This document shows positions 20,678-30,689 of a stretch of DNA of 64,000 nucleotides, piece after piece. The stretch covers positions 35,867-99,866 of the forward strand of contig CAWJKH010000004.1 in NCBI GenBank assembly GCA_963843515.1, in the 5' to 3' direction. The notes beneath the pieces are model-generated. The model ran no database searches. It was not told the DNA's origin and saw only the letters and a list, made by a program, of their open reading frames with translations. Positions within the stretch are counted from its first letter, which is position 1. Each line of letters opens with the position of its first letter. The translations under genes were made by a program, and so were the position numbers. This stretch comes from an uncultured Actinomycetota bacterium. GTDB taxonomy: Bacteria > Actinomycetota > Thermoleophilia > RBG-16-64-13.

Positions 20678-21287
20678 TCACCGCCTCGAGCCCGCTTCGG
20701 GCGACATCCGGTGGGCGGCCCACGTCACGGTCTGTCCGGCCGCCCCTCCCACTATCCCGCCCACGAGGGCGTCACTGGGGTAGTGGACCCCGGTGTGCAC
20801 CCGCGAGTAGGCCACGCAGAGGGCGAGGACCCGCAGCGGGAACGCAAGAGCGGGGAGTTCGGCACCCACGGTGTTCGCGAACGCGAAGCCGGCAGCCGAA
20901 TGGCCCGACGGGAACGACGTCGAGGTCGGCATGTGCACGCGTCGCTCCTCGGGGACGCCGTACTCCTCCCGATCGGGCCGGCGGCGCCCCACGGTCTTGA
21001 GACCGACGTTGAGCACGCCCGTCACGCCGATGGAGGCCACCCCCGCCAGCGCCGCGCGTCGTCTGGTCCGCCCCCCGGCGAGCGCGAGCAGGGCGGCGAT
21101 GGCAAACCAGATTCGGGAGTAGTTCGCAACCGTCGAGAGGATGCGGAGCGGGGCGTCGAGTGAGGGCGTAGGCGTGTCGGCGATGGCAGAATAGACCGCG
21201 CGGTCCACTGCGCCCAGCTCGCCGAAGACCGCCCGCAGGCCGCGGCGCGCCCCCTCAAATCCGTCCGTGTGATACGGAGCAGGCATG
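20678..21287 (-). CDS. PAP2 family phosphatase
   Basis: KTVGRRRP, PSGHSA and SRVHTGVHYPSD are the three PAP2 motifs. ATG at 21287. Confidence 0.75.
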
Positions 21288-21296
21288 GCTCGCAGT

Positions 21297-22655
21297 CTAC
21301 CACGCCGGCCTCGACGGCCGGCCTCGCACGGTGTCCACCAGCCTCCCGATGCTCCAGCCCGGAGTGGCCTTGGCCAGAGCGGCCGCCGACAATCCGAGCG
21401 CGGTCTGCGGTATCCGGATGCGCAGGGCACCCGGCATGATCTTGAAGCGGACGGGCGACGGGACGGTGACCGCCTCCCCGTCGATGGCGATGTCGATGGG
21501 CCCGTCCGAGCGCACTTCGAAGTCGGGTGCCTCCCACTGGATCCACCCAGGGAAACTGCGAATGCGGTGGGCCACTTCGCGGGCTACAAAGTCGACGGCC
21601 TGGGGCGGACCGGCGACCTTGGCGGCGAACAGTCCGAGCCTACCGGTGTCGAGCCGGACCCGGCTGGCGAAGCCGGTGAGGCTCTCCAGCTGATAGGGGT
21701 TGTTCGAGACTTGGATGATCTGCGCGCCGGTCTGCTCGGTGCCATCGGGTCCGGTGAACTTGAGCTTGGAGAGTGCCCCGCCTGCGAGCAGGTCCGGCAG
21801 CATATCGGCCGCCGTCTTCAGCTTGGCGTCCCGATAGGCGGGCGACTGGACGATGGAGCCGTAGACCCCCAGTGATACGTTGTTCACGAACACCTGGTCG
21901 TTGACGCGAGCGAGATCGATGCGCCGCTCCACGCTCTCCTTAAACGCGTCCAGCGACCGGACCGGGTCGACGATGTCCAGACCCAGGTCGCGGGCGAAGT
22001 CCATCCGGGTGCCGACCGGCACGCAGACGAAGGCCACGTCGTACTCGGCGGCGATCGCGGCCACGGCGGCCTGGGACCCGTCGCCCCCAGCCATTCCGAG
22101 GACGTCGGCGCCCCTCTGGACCGCAGCCCGGGCCAATTGCAGCAGATCATCCCCGGGACGGAGCACGACCGCCTCAATGCCCCGCTTCTCGGCCTCCTCG
22201 ACCATATGAAAGCGTTCGACCTTGCCGCCCCCGGACTTCGGGTTCATGATCAGGACCGGGCGCTGGGCGGGGGGGACCACCTCACCGGCCGGTGCGACCT
22301 CCTGCGGGCGGGGTGCGGGCCGGGAGAGGGAGTACCGACCCAGAATAAAGGAGAGGACGACGAGCACGAGGGTGGCGAGGAGCAGGAGCCCGTGGAATTG
22401 GCCCGTGACGAGGATGACCACCGCGGCGCCGACCAGAGCCGCCAGGACGACCACAAGGGCGACGAGGCGGGCTACGCCGCGGTGCACGATCACCTCCCAC
22501 ACGCCCGCGACGGTCATCGCAAAGCAGAGCAACATGAGAAGGGCGGGGCCGATGTTGACCACGATGAACGCGCCGGTGACCAGAGCCAGCAGTCCCGCGA
22601 GCAGCGCTGCAAAGGCCGCCACCCGTTGGGCCGCTGTCGGTCCCGTAGGGTTCAT
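21297..22655 (-). CDS. Diacylglycerol-kinase-catalytic-domain lipid kinase with N-terminal membrane domain
   Basis: VLIMNPKSGGGK...GGDGS DAGK_cat motifs. Four N-terminal TM helices. ATG at 22655 is preceded by GGAGGTG. Immediately upstream of the PAP2 gene on the same strand. Confidence 0.7.
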   Translation of the reverse strand: MNPTGPTAAQRVAAFAALLAGLLALVTGAFIVVNIGPALLMLLCFAMTVAGVWEVIVHRGVARLVALVVVLAALVGAAVVILVTGQFHGLLLLATLVLVVLSFILGRYSLSRPAPRPQEVAPAGEVVPPAQRPVLIMNPKSGGGKVERFHMVEEAEKRGIEAVVLRPGDDLLQLARAAVQRGADVLGMAGGDGSQAAVAAIAAEYDVAFVCVPVGTRMDFARDLGLDIVDPVRSLDAFKESVERRIDLARVNDQVFVNNVSLGVYGSIVQSPAYRDAKLKTAADMLPDLLAGGALSKLKFTGPDGTEQTGAQIIQVSNNPYQLESLTGFASRVRLDTGRLGLFAAKVAGPPQAVDFVAREVAHRIRSFPGWIQWEAPDFEVRSDGPIDIAIDGEAVTVPSPVRFKIMPGALRIRIPQTALGLSAAALAKATPGWSIGRLVDTVRGRPSRPAW

Positions 22656-22939
22656 ACCAGTCACCTCCAGCAGGGACGACGACGCCAATGGCCGCCGGTT
22701 GACTGCGCAAAGCGCGGAGCGCGGTATTAGGGCGCCGACCGCGCTCCGCAGGGCCGCCGATGATCGGAATCACGAAGATCTGGCGCTCACCTCAAGCAGT
22801 GTCATTGTCTAGTACCCCGGTCGCGGCGGTTCCAAGCGCAGTCACTTTTGTCGCTTGACAGCACGGCAGGCCCCCGGGTCGGTTGCCCATCCCCTGGTCT
22901 GTCCACGAGAGCACGGAGACTTGCTGTGGGGTGCCTTCG

Positions 22940-23115
<176 letters not shown>

Positions 23116-23195
23116 AGGTGTTCATCGTAGGCCCGGTTCCAGGCGTCCAGCGTATATGGCCGCGCTTAGAGCGCGCTTGGCGAGTGGGGGCAATC

Positions 23196-24680
23196 ATGAC
23201 GACTGATACTCACCGCACCGGGTATCCCTGCCGTATGCCTTCCGATGAACACAAACCGGAACAGGCGAGATTCGCGGCCGAAGAGCGGCGGCGGGTTGCC
23301 GAACAGGAGCAGGCGGTCGCTGAGCGGCCCCTCGCCGCCACGCCCCCACCACCGGGGGCGCCTCCGCCCCTCGAGCAAACGCAACCAACCGGCGCTTCGC
23401 GTTTCCTCTATATCCTGCGCAGTCGCAACTTTCGCCTCCTCTGGATCGGCGAGTTCGTGTCGCTCGTCGGGGGCCAGCTGTTTGTGGTCGCCCTCCCGTG
23501 GCTCGTCCTGGAGCTCACCGGCAACGGTCTGGCCATCGGGACGGTTCTGGCGGTGAGCACGGCTCCCCGCACTGTGTTCATCCTCGTCGGTGGGGGACTC
23601 ACCGACAGGTTCTCGCCCCGCGCGGTCATGTTGTACTCCAACATCGGCCGTATGGTGCTCGTCATTCTGCTAGCGGTGCTCACCGCGCTCGGTGTCATCC
23701 AACTGTGGATGCTCTACGCCATCGGTCTTCTCCTCGGATTCGGGTTCGCCCTCTACCTGCCCGCGCAATCGGCGATGATCCCCCGCCTGGTTTCCGGCGA
23801 CCGGCTCCAGACCGGCAACGCCATCATCCAGGGGACCGCGCAACTGGCGCTTTTCCTGGGACCGGTCCTGGCCGGCGTCCTGATTGCGTTCGTCGGGAGT
23901 GGGGGGAGTACCGTCCCCTCGGCGGCGGGCATCGCCATCGTGTTCGGGCTCAATGCGGTGAGCTTCGCTGTCTCGGCGGTCACGCTCATGATGATCCGGC
24001 TTCCTCAAGCGCGTCGCTTCAGAGGTGGGCGGGCCGCCAAAGGCGTGCTGCGGTCGGTGGGCGAGGGGTTGGCGAACGTCTGGCGGGACAAGACCCTGCG
24101 TCTCTATTTCTTGCTGATCGGCGTGGTGAATCTCGCGCTTCTCGGGCCGGTGTCCGTGGGCGTCCCCGTCCTGGCAGCCACTGAGCTCGCCGGCGGGGCG
24201 CTCGCGTACGGCGGGATCCTGTCGGGTCTCGGGGCCGGCGCTCTCACCGGAGCATTTGCGGGTGGCGCTCTCCGCCGTCCCCCAGGTCGCCTGTTCGCCG
24301 CGGCAATGCTCGGCTCGACCGCCTTGCTTGGGATCGGTCTCGCTCTTCTCGGCGCGGTTCCCTCGACGGCGGCCGCGATCGCGGCCGCGTTCCTGATCGG
24401 ACTCGCGGAGGGGTACCTGACGGTGGAGTTCATCACATGGCTGCAACTGCGCTCGTCCGAAGAAGAGCTCGGTCGTATGATGAGCATCCTCTTGTTCGTT
24501 TCGGTGGGGATGGCGCCGATATCGAACCTGATCGCCGGGGCTCTGATCGGGATGCAGGCGACCTGGTTGATGATCGGCGCGGGATGTCTGATCGTCCTTG
24601 TGGCGATCGTCGCCGCGTTCAGTCCGTCAGTGTGGCGGCTGAACGAGGTGAAGGAGGAGCTTCCTACCGCGGGCGACTAG
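23196..24680 (+). CDS. MFS transporter with N-terminal cytoplasmic Pro-rich extension
   Basis: 12-TM MFS pattern. The start is chosen after the repeat; the ORF track starts at 23118. Confidence 0.65.
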   Translation: MTTDTHRTGYPCRMPSDEHKPEQARFAAEERRRVAEQEQAVAERPLAATPPPPGAPPPLEQTQPTGASRFLYILRSRNFRLLWIGEFVSLVGGQLFVVALPWLVLELTGNGLAIGTVLAVSTAPRTVFILVGGGLTDRFSPRAVMLYSNIGRMVLVILLAVLTALGVIQLWMLYAIGLLLGFGFALYLPAQSAMIPRLVSGDRLQTGNAIIQGTAQLALFLGPVLAGVLIAFVGSGGSTVPSAAGIAIVFGLNAVSFAVSAVTLMMIRLPQARRFRGGRAAKGVLRSVGEGLANVWRDKTLRLYFLLIGVVNLALLGPVSVGVPVLAATELAGGALAYGGILSGLGAGALTGAFAGGALRRPPGRLFAAAMLGSTALLGIGLALLGAVPSTAAAIAAAFLIGLAEGYLTVEFITWLQLRSSEEELGRMMSILLFVSVGMAPISNLIAGALIGMQATWLMIGAGCLIVLVAIVAAFSPSVWRLNEVKEELPTAGD

Positions 24681-24860
24681 GCGCGCACCAGGTTAGAGCC
24701 GGGCGCGAGCCTCTGACCAGTGTGTTGCTTGTCAGCTAGTTCAAGCCATAGGCCCACACTTCTAGCGCAGCATGTAGCGTCGCTGATATTGTGAACGTGA
24801 GGGTGCTGATGGTGGATTCCGCCAGAGGTAGGATTCACCTGACCATGACGGAGGAAGAGC

Positions 24861-25922
24861 TTGGACGAGAAGCCCGCCATAGAAGACGCGGCTAAGGTGT
24901 CCGAGACGACGGAAGCGCCCACGAGCCCTTCCGCAGCAGGCGATACCGGATCTTCGGGTGGACAGAGGCCCCGGCGGAGGCACCGCCTAAGGACAGCTCT
25001 CATCATTATCGGCGTGGTTGTTGTGGTGCTGGCCGTCGCCTCATTCGCTGCGGCGGAGGCCTTCAGCTCGAACAACGCCTGCAACAGCTGCCACGAGATG
25101 CACCCCTACTACGACAGTTGGGGCGTTTCTACGCATAAGAGCGCCGACTGTGTCCAGTGCCACATCCCGCCGGGGCCCGGTAACTGGATAAAGACGAAGT
25201 TCTTGTCCTACAAAGAGTTATGGACGCATCTTGCCGGGATTGAGGAGCCGCCGGTTGCGGTCACCCGCAAAATCCCGCGCAGCAGCTGTCTGGGCTGCCA
25301 CCCGGACGGCGGCGGGCAGACCAAGGGTACTACCACCTTCCCCCACTCTGCTCATACATCGGTGCCTTGCGTCGACTGCCACGTGCGCTTGGTGCACCGC
25401 ACAGTCAACCCGCCCTATTACCACGACCCCATGCTTATGGCCAAATGTCTCGAGTGTCACAACGGTCAACCAGGGTCGCCGCCGAGCAACTGCAGCACGT
25501 GTCACACTCAGCCGCACGAGTTTCGAGGAGAGTGCGGCAACTGCCACGGGACCAACAGCTTCGCGCAACCCACGCCCCCAGATCATCCTCTCCCCTTGAC
25601 CGGGGGCCATGTAGGCGTGCCCTGTGCCGACTGCCATGTCGCCACGCCGGGCGGCGAGGTCATCCCGGGCACTTCCTTGCCGGTGCCCGCGGGAGATACC
25701 TGCGTTTCCTGCCACGCCGTGCAACACCAGGGATTGACCGACTGCGCTCAGTGCCACACTATAGAGACCTTCGCGGCGCCGACCTTCCAGCACCCACAGA
25801 TAGGACCACATGTCCCGACGGGAGATCGCGGCCTGCCTTGCCAGAGTTGCCACCCGTCGGCCGACTACACGCAATCGAGTTGCACGCCCTGTCACGAGAA
25901 TCCCCCCGAAGGGCAAGACTAG
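24861..25922 (+). CDS. Membrane-anchored multiheme cytochrome c (12 CxxCH), NapC/NirT-like N-terminal module
   Basis: One TM helix followed by CNSCHEM..W..S.H....CVQCH (NapC/NirT signature), and 12 CxxCH motifs in total. The start codon is uncertain (TTG in the ORF track). Confidence 0.8.
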   Translation: MDEKPAIEDAAKVSETTEAPTSPSAAGDTGSSGGQRPRRRHRLRTALIIIGVVVVVLAVASFAAAEAFSSNNACNSCHEMHPYYDSWGVSTHKSADCVQCHIPPGPGNWIKTKFLSYKELWTHLAGIEEPPVAVTRKIPRSSCLGCHPDGGGQTKGTTTFPHSAHTSVPCVDCHVRLVHRTVNPPYYHDPMLMAKCLECHNGQPGSPPSNCSTCHTQPHEFRGECGNCHGTNSFAQPTPPDHPLPLTGGHVGVPCADCHVATPGGEVIPGTSLPVPAGDTCVSCHAVQHQGLTDCAQCHTIETFAAPTFQHPQIGPHVPTGDRGLPCQSCHPSADYTQSSCTPCHENPPEGQD

Positions 25923-26325
25923 CCCCGAGGAAGACTGGCGGCTATCTGAGAGGTGGCTGGGACCCGGACACGACTGGATAGGGGACAGGATTCGCGGCCG
26001 ACGTGCCTGAACGCCGCAGCCAGAGCATCTACGCAGACATCGTCGCTGACTTCATCGCGCAGGGCACCGAGTCAATGCAGGTGACCATCGAGAGGATGAA
26101 GCCGGCGACGCTGGGGGCCGGACTGCGAAGGGCGATTAACAACCGGGAAGAGCAGGACGTGAGACTGGTACGAAGGCGAGAAAAGACATACCTAGTAAGG
26201 CAGGACGCGGGATAGCGTTCATCGCCCGCACTCGAAGGGGGTTCGCCCCGGCTGGCAAGGCTTGGTGGCAGCCAATCCGGGGCGGCTTGCGCCGGCTGCA
26301 GGCCCGGCCAAGGTCAGGGCCCGAG

Positions 26326-26757
26326 CTACATTCCCGGCACGAGACCCAGTTGCGCCAACAGTGACATCGTGTCGAAGTACACGGCGGTGTAAACGATCTT
26401 ACCGTCCTTGAACTGTACGACGTCGGCGCCCGGAGTGGTCGCCCTGCGTCCAGTCGGGGGTATGCTGGCGCCCGCGGGAGTCATCATCGGGCCGGTATGC
26501 GTGCCTGTCCCAATCCAGGTGTCCACAACCCAGTCACCACTGGCGATCCGCTGGGTGACCTGGAAAGACAAGTCGGGGAACGCCGTCCAATTTCCCTCGA
26601 GAAAGGCCCGGTGCCCCGCCTCGCCGACTGGGCCGGGCTGGCCAGGCAGCAGCGATTGGAAGGAATCGGCGTGATAGGCCCGCAAGCGCTCATAGTCGTG
26701 GGCGTTCAATGCCGCCAAGTACTCATCGGTGATACGGACGTTGTCCTGCTCTGACAT
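26326..26757 (-). CDS. SnoaL-like polyketide cyclase / ester cyclase family protein
   Basis: 143 aa; the ...YHADSF..G..GHRAFLEG pattern is typical of ester cyclases. Confidence 0.55.
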   Translation of the reverse strand: MSEQDNVRITDEYLAALNAHDYERLRAYHADSFQSLLPGQPGPVGEAGHRAFLEGNWTAFPDLSFQVTQRIASGDWVVDTWIGTGTHTGPMMTPAGASIPPTGRRATTPGADVVQFKDGKIVYTAVYFDTMSLLAQLGLVPGM

Positions 26758-26869
26758 GGCTTGTTTCCTTCCTCTGGTGATCGTGACACGACGGCGTTCT
26801 TCACCCCGCGTACCTCGAGTATAGGCCGAGGGGTGCCGGGGTCAACGACGAGATAGAAGCGCCCCGGCT

Positions 26870-27130
26870 GGCAAGGGGCTTGGCAAGTGCCGGACGGGGC
26901 GCCTCTGGAATGATCCTGGCGTCACCGGCCCCAGGTTCTCGCTGTCTGGTGGCCTTGGGTCTGTCCTCGTCCGTCGGCTGCTATCGAGTTTGCCCCCGAA
27001 TTCCCCCCGAACTCGCCCCAAATGCGCGAAAACCCGACCATGTCCGTCGGGTCTCGACAAGCCGTTTTTGGCTTTGCTAAGCGGAGAGGCGGGATTCGAA
27101 CCCCCGGTACCGTTTGCACGGCAAATGTCT
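26870..27130 (+). repeat. Full composite copy of repeat family (5' CCCCGGCTGGCAAGG..CTTGGCAAGTGCCGGACGGGG module + core + tRNA-like 3' module)
   Basis: The longest architecture. The internal hairpin here reads ACCCGAC/GTCGGGT, compensatory relative to the ACCCGGC/GCCGGGT copies. A second 5'-module fragment lies at 27158-27205. Confidence 0.7.
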
Positions 27131-27305
27131 CCCGTCGCCGAGTCCCCCAGGAGCCAGCCCCCTTGGCTCGCAAGGCTTGGGAGCAGCCAATCCGGGGAGG
27201 GCAAGTGGTTATCGCGAGGTTTTGTCGATCTCTCTGCTGGATACTTCACTGGGGTGTTGTCGATTCCTCGGCAGCCGCGTGGCTCACGCGGGTCAGGAGG
27301 CTCTC

Positions 27306-27596
27306 ATGTACGCGCGAGTTCCTACCTTCAAGATTGGCGCCCAGCATATGGACGCCTCCATCCGGCACTTTGAAGAGACGAGCTTGCCCCAGCTACGTAA
27401 GCTTGCGGGCTTCAAGGGGGCGACGGTCCTCGCGAGTCGGGAGACGGGAATCCTTCGCGTAATCGCTTACTGGGACACTCAGGAAGCTCTCGAGTCGTCT
27501 TTCGAGCCCACAAGGGCTGTGAGGGCCCAATACACGGATAAGTTCGGTGCAGAACTCGTCTCCCTTGAGGTGTTCGAAGTCGCGGTCCAAGTGTAG
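27306..27596 (+). CDS. Antibiotic-biosynthesis-monooxygenase (ABM) domain protein
   Basis: 97 aa. AGGAGG lies 5 nt before the ATG. Dimeric alpha+beta barrel pattern. Confidence 0.5.
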   Translation: MYARVPTFKIGAQHMDASIRHFEETSLPQLRKLAGFKGATVLASRETGILRVIAYWDTQEALESSFEPTRAVRAQYTDKFGAELVSLEVFEVAVQV

Positions 27597-27627
27597 CCCG
27601 AGGCGACGACCTGAGAGCCCAGGCCAC

Positions 27628-27815
27628 GTCGGCTGGCCCGGCTTGGTGGAGCCAAACTCCACGTTTTGGAGGACGGGGCCGTCCTGTACGGCCACTCACA
27701 GAGGCCCGAAGACTCCGCAGCCCAGGGCCTCGTTCTCGCGGGCTACCAGTATCAGACATGTCAAAAGGAGCAAAAGCGGAGAGAGGGGTTCGAACCCCCG
27801 GTACCTATCTCGTGA
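27628..27815 (+). repeat. Degenerate repeat copy (5' hairpin module fragment + isolated tRNA-like 3' module)
   Basis: CGGCTGGCCCGGCTTGGTGGAGCC ... GCGGAGAGAGGGGTTCGAACCCCCGGTACC with an unrelated middle. Confidence 0.45.
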
Positions 27816-28704
27816 GCGGCTTGTGCGTCGGGTATTCGTGAGCAATCACGTCCTCCAGCGAGAGCGGAGCGAACGTCGGGAAGCGGCGCATCGTCTCTGA
27901 CGGCTCGAAGGTCATATCGGCAGTGTCCATGATGTAGGCCGCCCTGCTCTGCCACGCGCGCATGGGCTTGATCGGTCGGACGACTCGCGACATCAACCGC
28001 AGGGCCGTTCGCGGCACGTGCCGTACGCTTCCTGAGGCGCCTGTCCAGGACTGAAATGCCGCGATGAGCTGGTTGAACGTGAGGTTCTGAGGGCCGCCAA
28101 CCTCGATCACGTGGCCCCGGAGTGCGGGGTCGCTGACCGCGAGTTCCAGGAGGTAGGCGACGTCGCGGACCGAGACGAAGTTGATGGGATTATCGCCGCG
28201 ACCAAAGATCATGGTCTTGCCCGTCCTGAGCAGCGGCTCGCAGACAAGCATGAGCCAAGTCTCGAAGTACGCGTTGGGACGCATGATCGTCCACGAAAGC
28301 CGGCTGGCGAGCAGTTCCTGCTCGGCCCGGTACTTCATGCGAAACAGCTCCATCGGATGATCGGGGGCGGCCCCATGGATGGACACCAGGATGAAGTGCT
28401 CGACGCCGGCAGCTTCTGCCGCATGGATGAGGTTGGCGTTTCCCTTCCAGTCGACCGTCTCCGCGTTCCCCGCGCCTCTGCCGAAAGCAGTCATAGCCGC
28501 TATGACCGTGCTCATGCCAGTTGTGGCCCGCTGGGTCACAGCCGGGTCGCGGACATCTCCTGCAACCGTCTCGATCAGTTCCCCCTCAAGCTTGGCAGCC
28601 TTCGTCGGGTCACGCACCAGGAGGCGCAACCGATGGCCGTGTCCGGCAAGAAGGGGGACCAGCTTGGTGCCGAGGCCGCCGGTGGCGCCGGCGATCAGGA
28701 TCAT
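27805..28704 (-). CDS. NAD(P)H-binding NmrA-like / SDR-a family protein
   Basis: MILIAGATGGLGTKLVPLL Rossmann N-terminus. The start was chosen at this Met; the ORF track extends to 28785. Confidence 0.7.
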   Translation of the reverse strand: MILIAGATGGLGTKLVPLLAGHGHRLRLLVRDPTKAAKLEGELIETVAGDVRDPAVTQRATTGMSTVIAAMTAFGRGAGNAETVDWKGNANLIHAAEAAGVEHFILVSIHGAAPDHPMELFRMKYRAEQELLASRLSWTIMRPNAYFETWLMLVCEPLLRTGKTMIFGRGDNPINFVSVRDVAYLLELAVSDPALRGHVIEVGGPQNLTFNQLIAAFQSWTGASGSVRHVPRTALRLMSRVVRPIKPMRAWQSRAAYIMDTADMTFEPSETMRRFPTFAPLSLEDVIAHEYPTHKPLTR

Positions 28705-29074
28705 TGTCCGCCGGCCTGGCGCCGGACAGGGGCATCGATGTCGGCGCCTTGCCGGTCGACCGGCTCCATGTAGAAGTGCGTCCACGCGATTTGGCCGCCG
28801 CTTACGCCACTGATGGTCACCCCGGCCATGTCAGCGGAAGAACCGTCCGGCCGAGTGCCCTGCCAAGACTCGGCGTCCTCTTGCTGGCACCCACCGCAGG
28901 CTCCCTTCTTGTGCACGACTAGGAGTGGCGCACCCATATATCGTCGCCATGCCCAATCATTCCTGTTCAAACGGCGCCTCAAACAACGGACGTCTGCGTG
29001 GCGAGGAAGCTACTGAAACAGCGTCCGTATTCGGCAACGGGGCCGGGGTGAACCGCGGGTCACCACGCCTGCGT

Positions 29075-29208
29075 TAAGTCCGTCTCGTTCCGTTGCTTGC
29101 CAGCGAGTTTGCCACCGAATTGCCACCGAACTCGCCCGAAAGACGCGAAAACCCGGCCTCAGCGACTAGGTTCCGACCCGCCGTCTTTGCGAAGCGGAGA
29201 GGGGGGTA
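29075..29208 (+). repeat. Repeat family copy, 3' module truncated
   Basis: GAGTTTGCCACCGAATTGCCACCGAACTCGCCCGAAAGACGCGAAAACCCGGCCTCAGCGACTAGG...GCGGAGAGGGGGGTACGAG. Confidence 0.6.
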
Positions 29209-29218
29209 CGAGCAGGCA

Positions 29219-29656
29219 TCAACCTCGTGCATGCCTCCGAGGAGTAATCGCCGTAATGATCAAGGAGCAGGCCACGAGCGCAAGCATCATGAGCACATAG
29301 CCTAGGGCAACATCAGCCCACCCGTGGAACCCCGAGATCACCGCGCACACCAGTGAAGAGAGTGCGGCGGGAAGACAGAAGCCCAGTCCAAGACCTGGGA
29401 AGAATGGAGAAACCTCGGCGGCCAACGCAAGAACGACAGCGATCACGAGACAGAGCGCTGCGAGCCCGCCCAGCAGACGAAGGTCTGTCGCCCCGACGCC
29501 CTCGGCGGTTGCAGTGGTCCAGACGAACCAGGCGCCGACGAGCAACGCGATGATGGCACCGAGAACGAATCCTAGTCTAAAGGCCACTGTCCCTCCGGTC
29601 GGCAAAGCCGCGCTGCGCAGTCGACACACTATTCCCGAGACAGCTGACGAGAACAC
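29219..29656 (-). CDS. Hypothetical 4-TM membrane protein
   Basis: Hydrophobic ORF with no recognisable motifs. Confidence 0.3.
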   Translation of the reverse strand: MFSSAVSGIVCRLRSAALPTGGTVAFRLGFVLGAIIALLVGAWFVWTTATAEGVGATDLRLLGGLAALCLVIAVVLALAAEVSPFFPGLGLGFCLPAALSSLVCAVISGFHGWADVALGYVLMMLALVACSLIITAITPRRHARG

Positions 29657-29774
29657 CGCCCAGTCGGCTGAGCTTGCAGGGTGTTGACGAAGTGGGGCTT
29701 CGCGATCTTAACCTGGGACCCCACTTTGATGCAAAGACGGGCGGTCAGTTGTTAGGCCTCTTCTTGTGCGTTTC

Positions 29775-29835
29775 GGTCCGTTACGTGTTGCCGAGTTTGC
29801 CACCGACCTGCCCCCGCACCCGAGGGCGGACCCTC
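29775..29835 (+). repeat. Repeat family 5' fragment
   Basis: GGTCCGTTACGTGTTGCCGAGTTTGCCACCGACCTGCCCCCG. Confidence 0.4.
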
Positions 29836-29924
29836 CTTTACTTTGACTGACGGGCTCCTAGAATGAGGTGTAGTTGGAACCCCAGCCTCTACGACTCGCA
29901 CCAAGCCCACAAGGAGGATCGGCC

Positions 29925-30377
29925 ATGGTTGCCGACGTCACTCCGCAGGACATCGATTGGGAAGCCGTGATCCATCGGCACCGGGAGTTCTGGGAGACAT
30001 TCGAGGAGGCGAAGATAGAGAGTGTCAAGGAATTGGCCGCGCCCACCATCCGCTATCGGGACCCGATGAGGGAACTTGCAGGGATCGACGCGTACATCGC
30101 CATGTTGCGTCAGCTATGCAAGGCTGCGGATCAGATCCGGACCCAAACCCTGGGCGAGGCCCGAGATGGCAACAGGGCTTACGTTCAGTGGATCATGACC
30201 TTCCGGCCACGGAAGGCCCCCAAGAAGCTGGTCAAGCTCCCGGGAATGTCGGCGTTCAAGTTCGACAAGCAGGGGAGACTACTTGAGCATTTCGACTACT
30301 GGGATTCGGCTGTGGAGCTTGCCATGTTCCCGGTCCTGGGTCGAGTCGTGGGGCTCACGAAGAGGCTCATGACCTAG
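29925..30377 (+). CDS. NTF2-like / SnoaL-like protein
   Basis: AGGAGG precedes the ATG (MVADVTP). About 150 aa. Confidence 0.5.
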   Translation: MVADVTPQDIDWEAVIHRHREFWETFEEAKIESVKELAAPTIRYRDPMRELAGIDAYIAMLRQLCKAADQIRTQTLGEARDGNRAYVQWIMTFRPRKAPKKLVKLPGMSAFKFDKQGRLLEHFDYWDSAVELAMFPVLGRVVGLTKRLMT

Positions 30378-30689
30378 AAGCGTAGGAGGTACGAGATGAC
30401 CTCCTTTGCTTTAGAGCCCGTTGCGACCAGAGTCCCCGACGGCACTCCGTGGAGGCTGGCCCTCTCATCCCATCTTCGAACAAAGCGTGCTGTTCTCGTG
30501 CGAGACGATGGTCACGCTCGCTGCGAACGCTGCCGATAACGCTTCAAGTGAACTTGTTCTCATCGACAGAGAGGGCTTGCCTCGCCGAGCCCAATGAGCA
30601 CTCGGCGTGCTGGAAGGAGCGTGACCGTCTCCGAGTCCACAAAGCCTGCTCGCCGATCCTGTTCCTCGGGGCGACCCCCAGGTGCGGTG

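Noticed and set aside
26003-26215. 70-aa ORF downstream of the cytochrome gene
   Set aside because: No RBS and no recognisable fold. It ends inside a repeat 5'-module fragment, so there is insufficient support.
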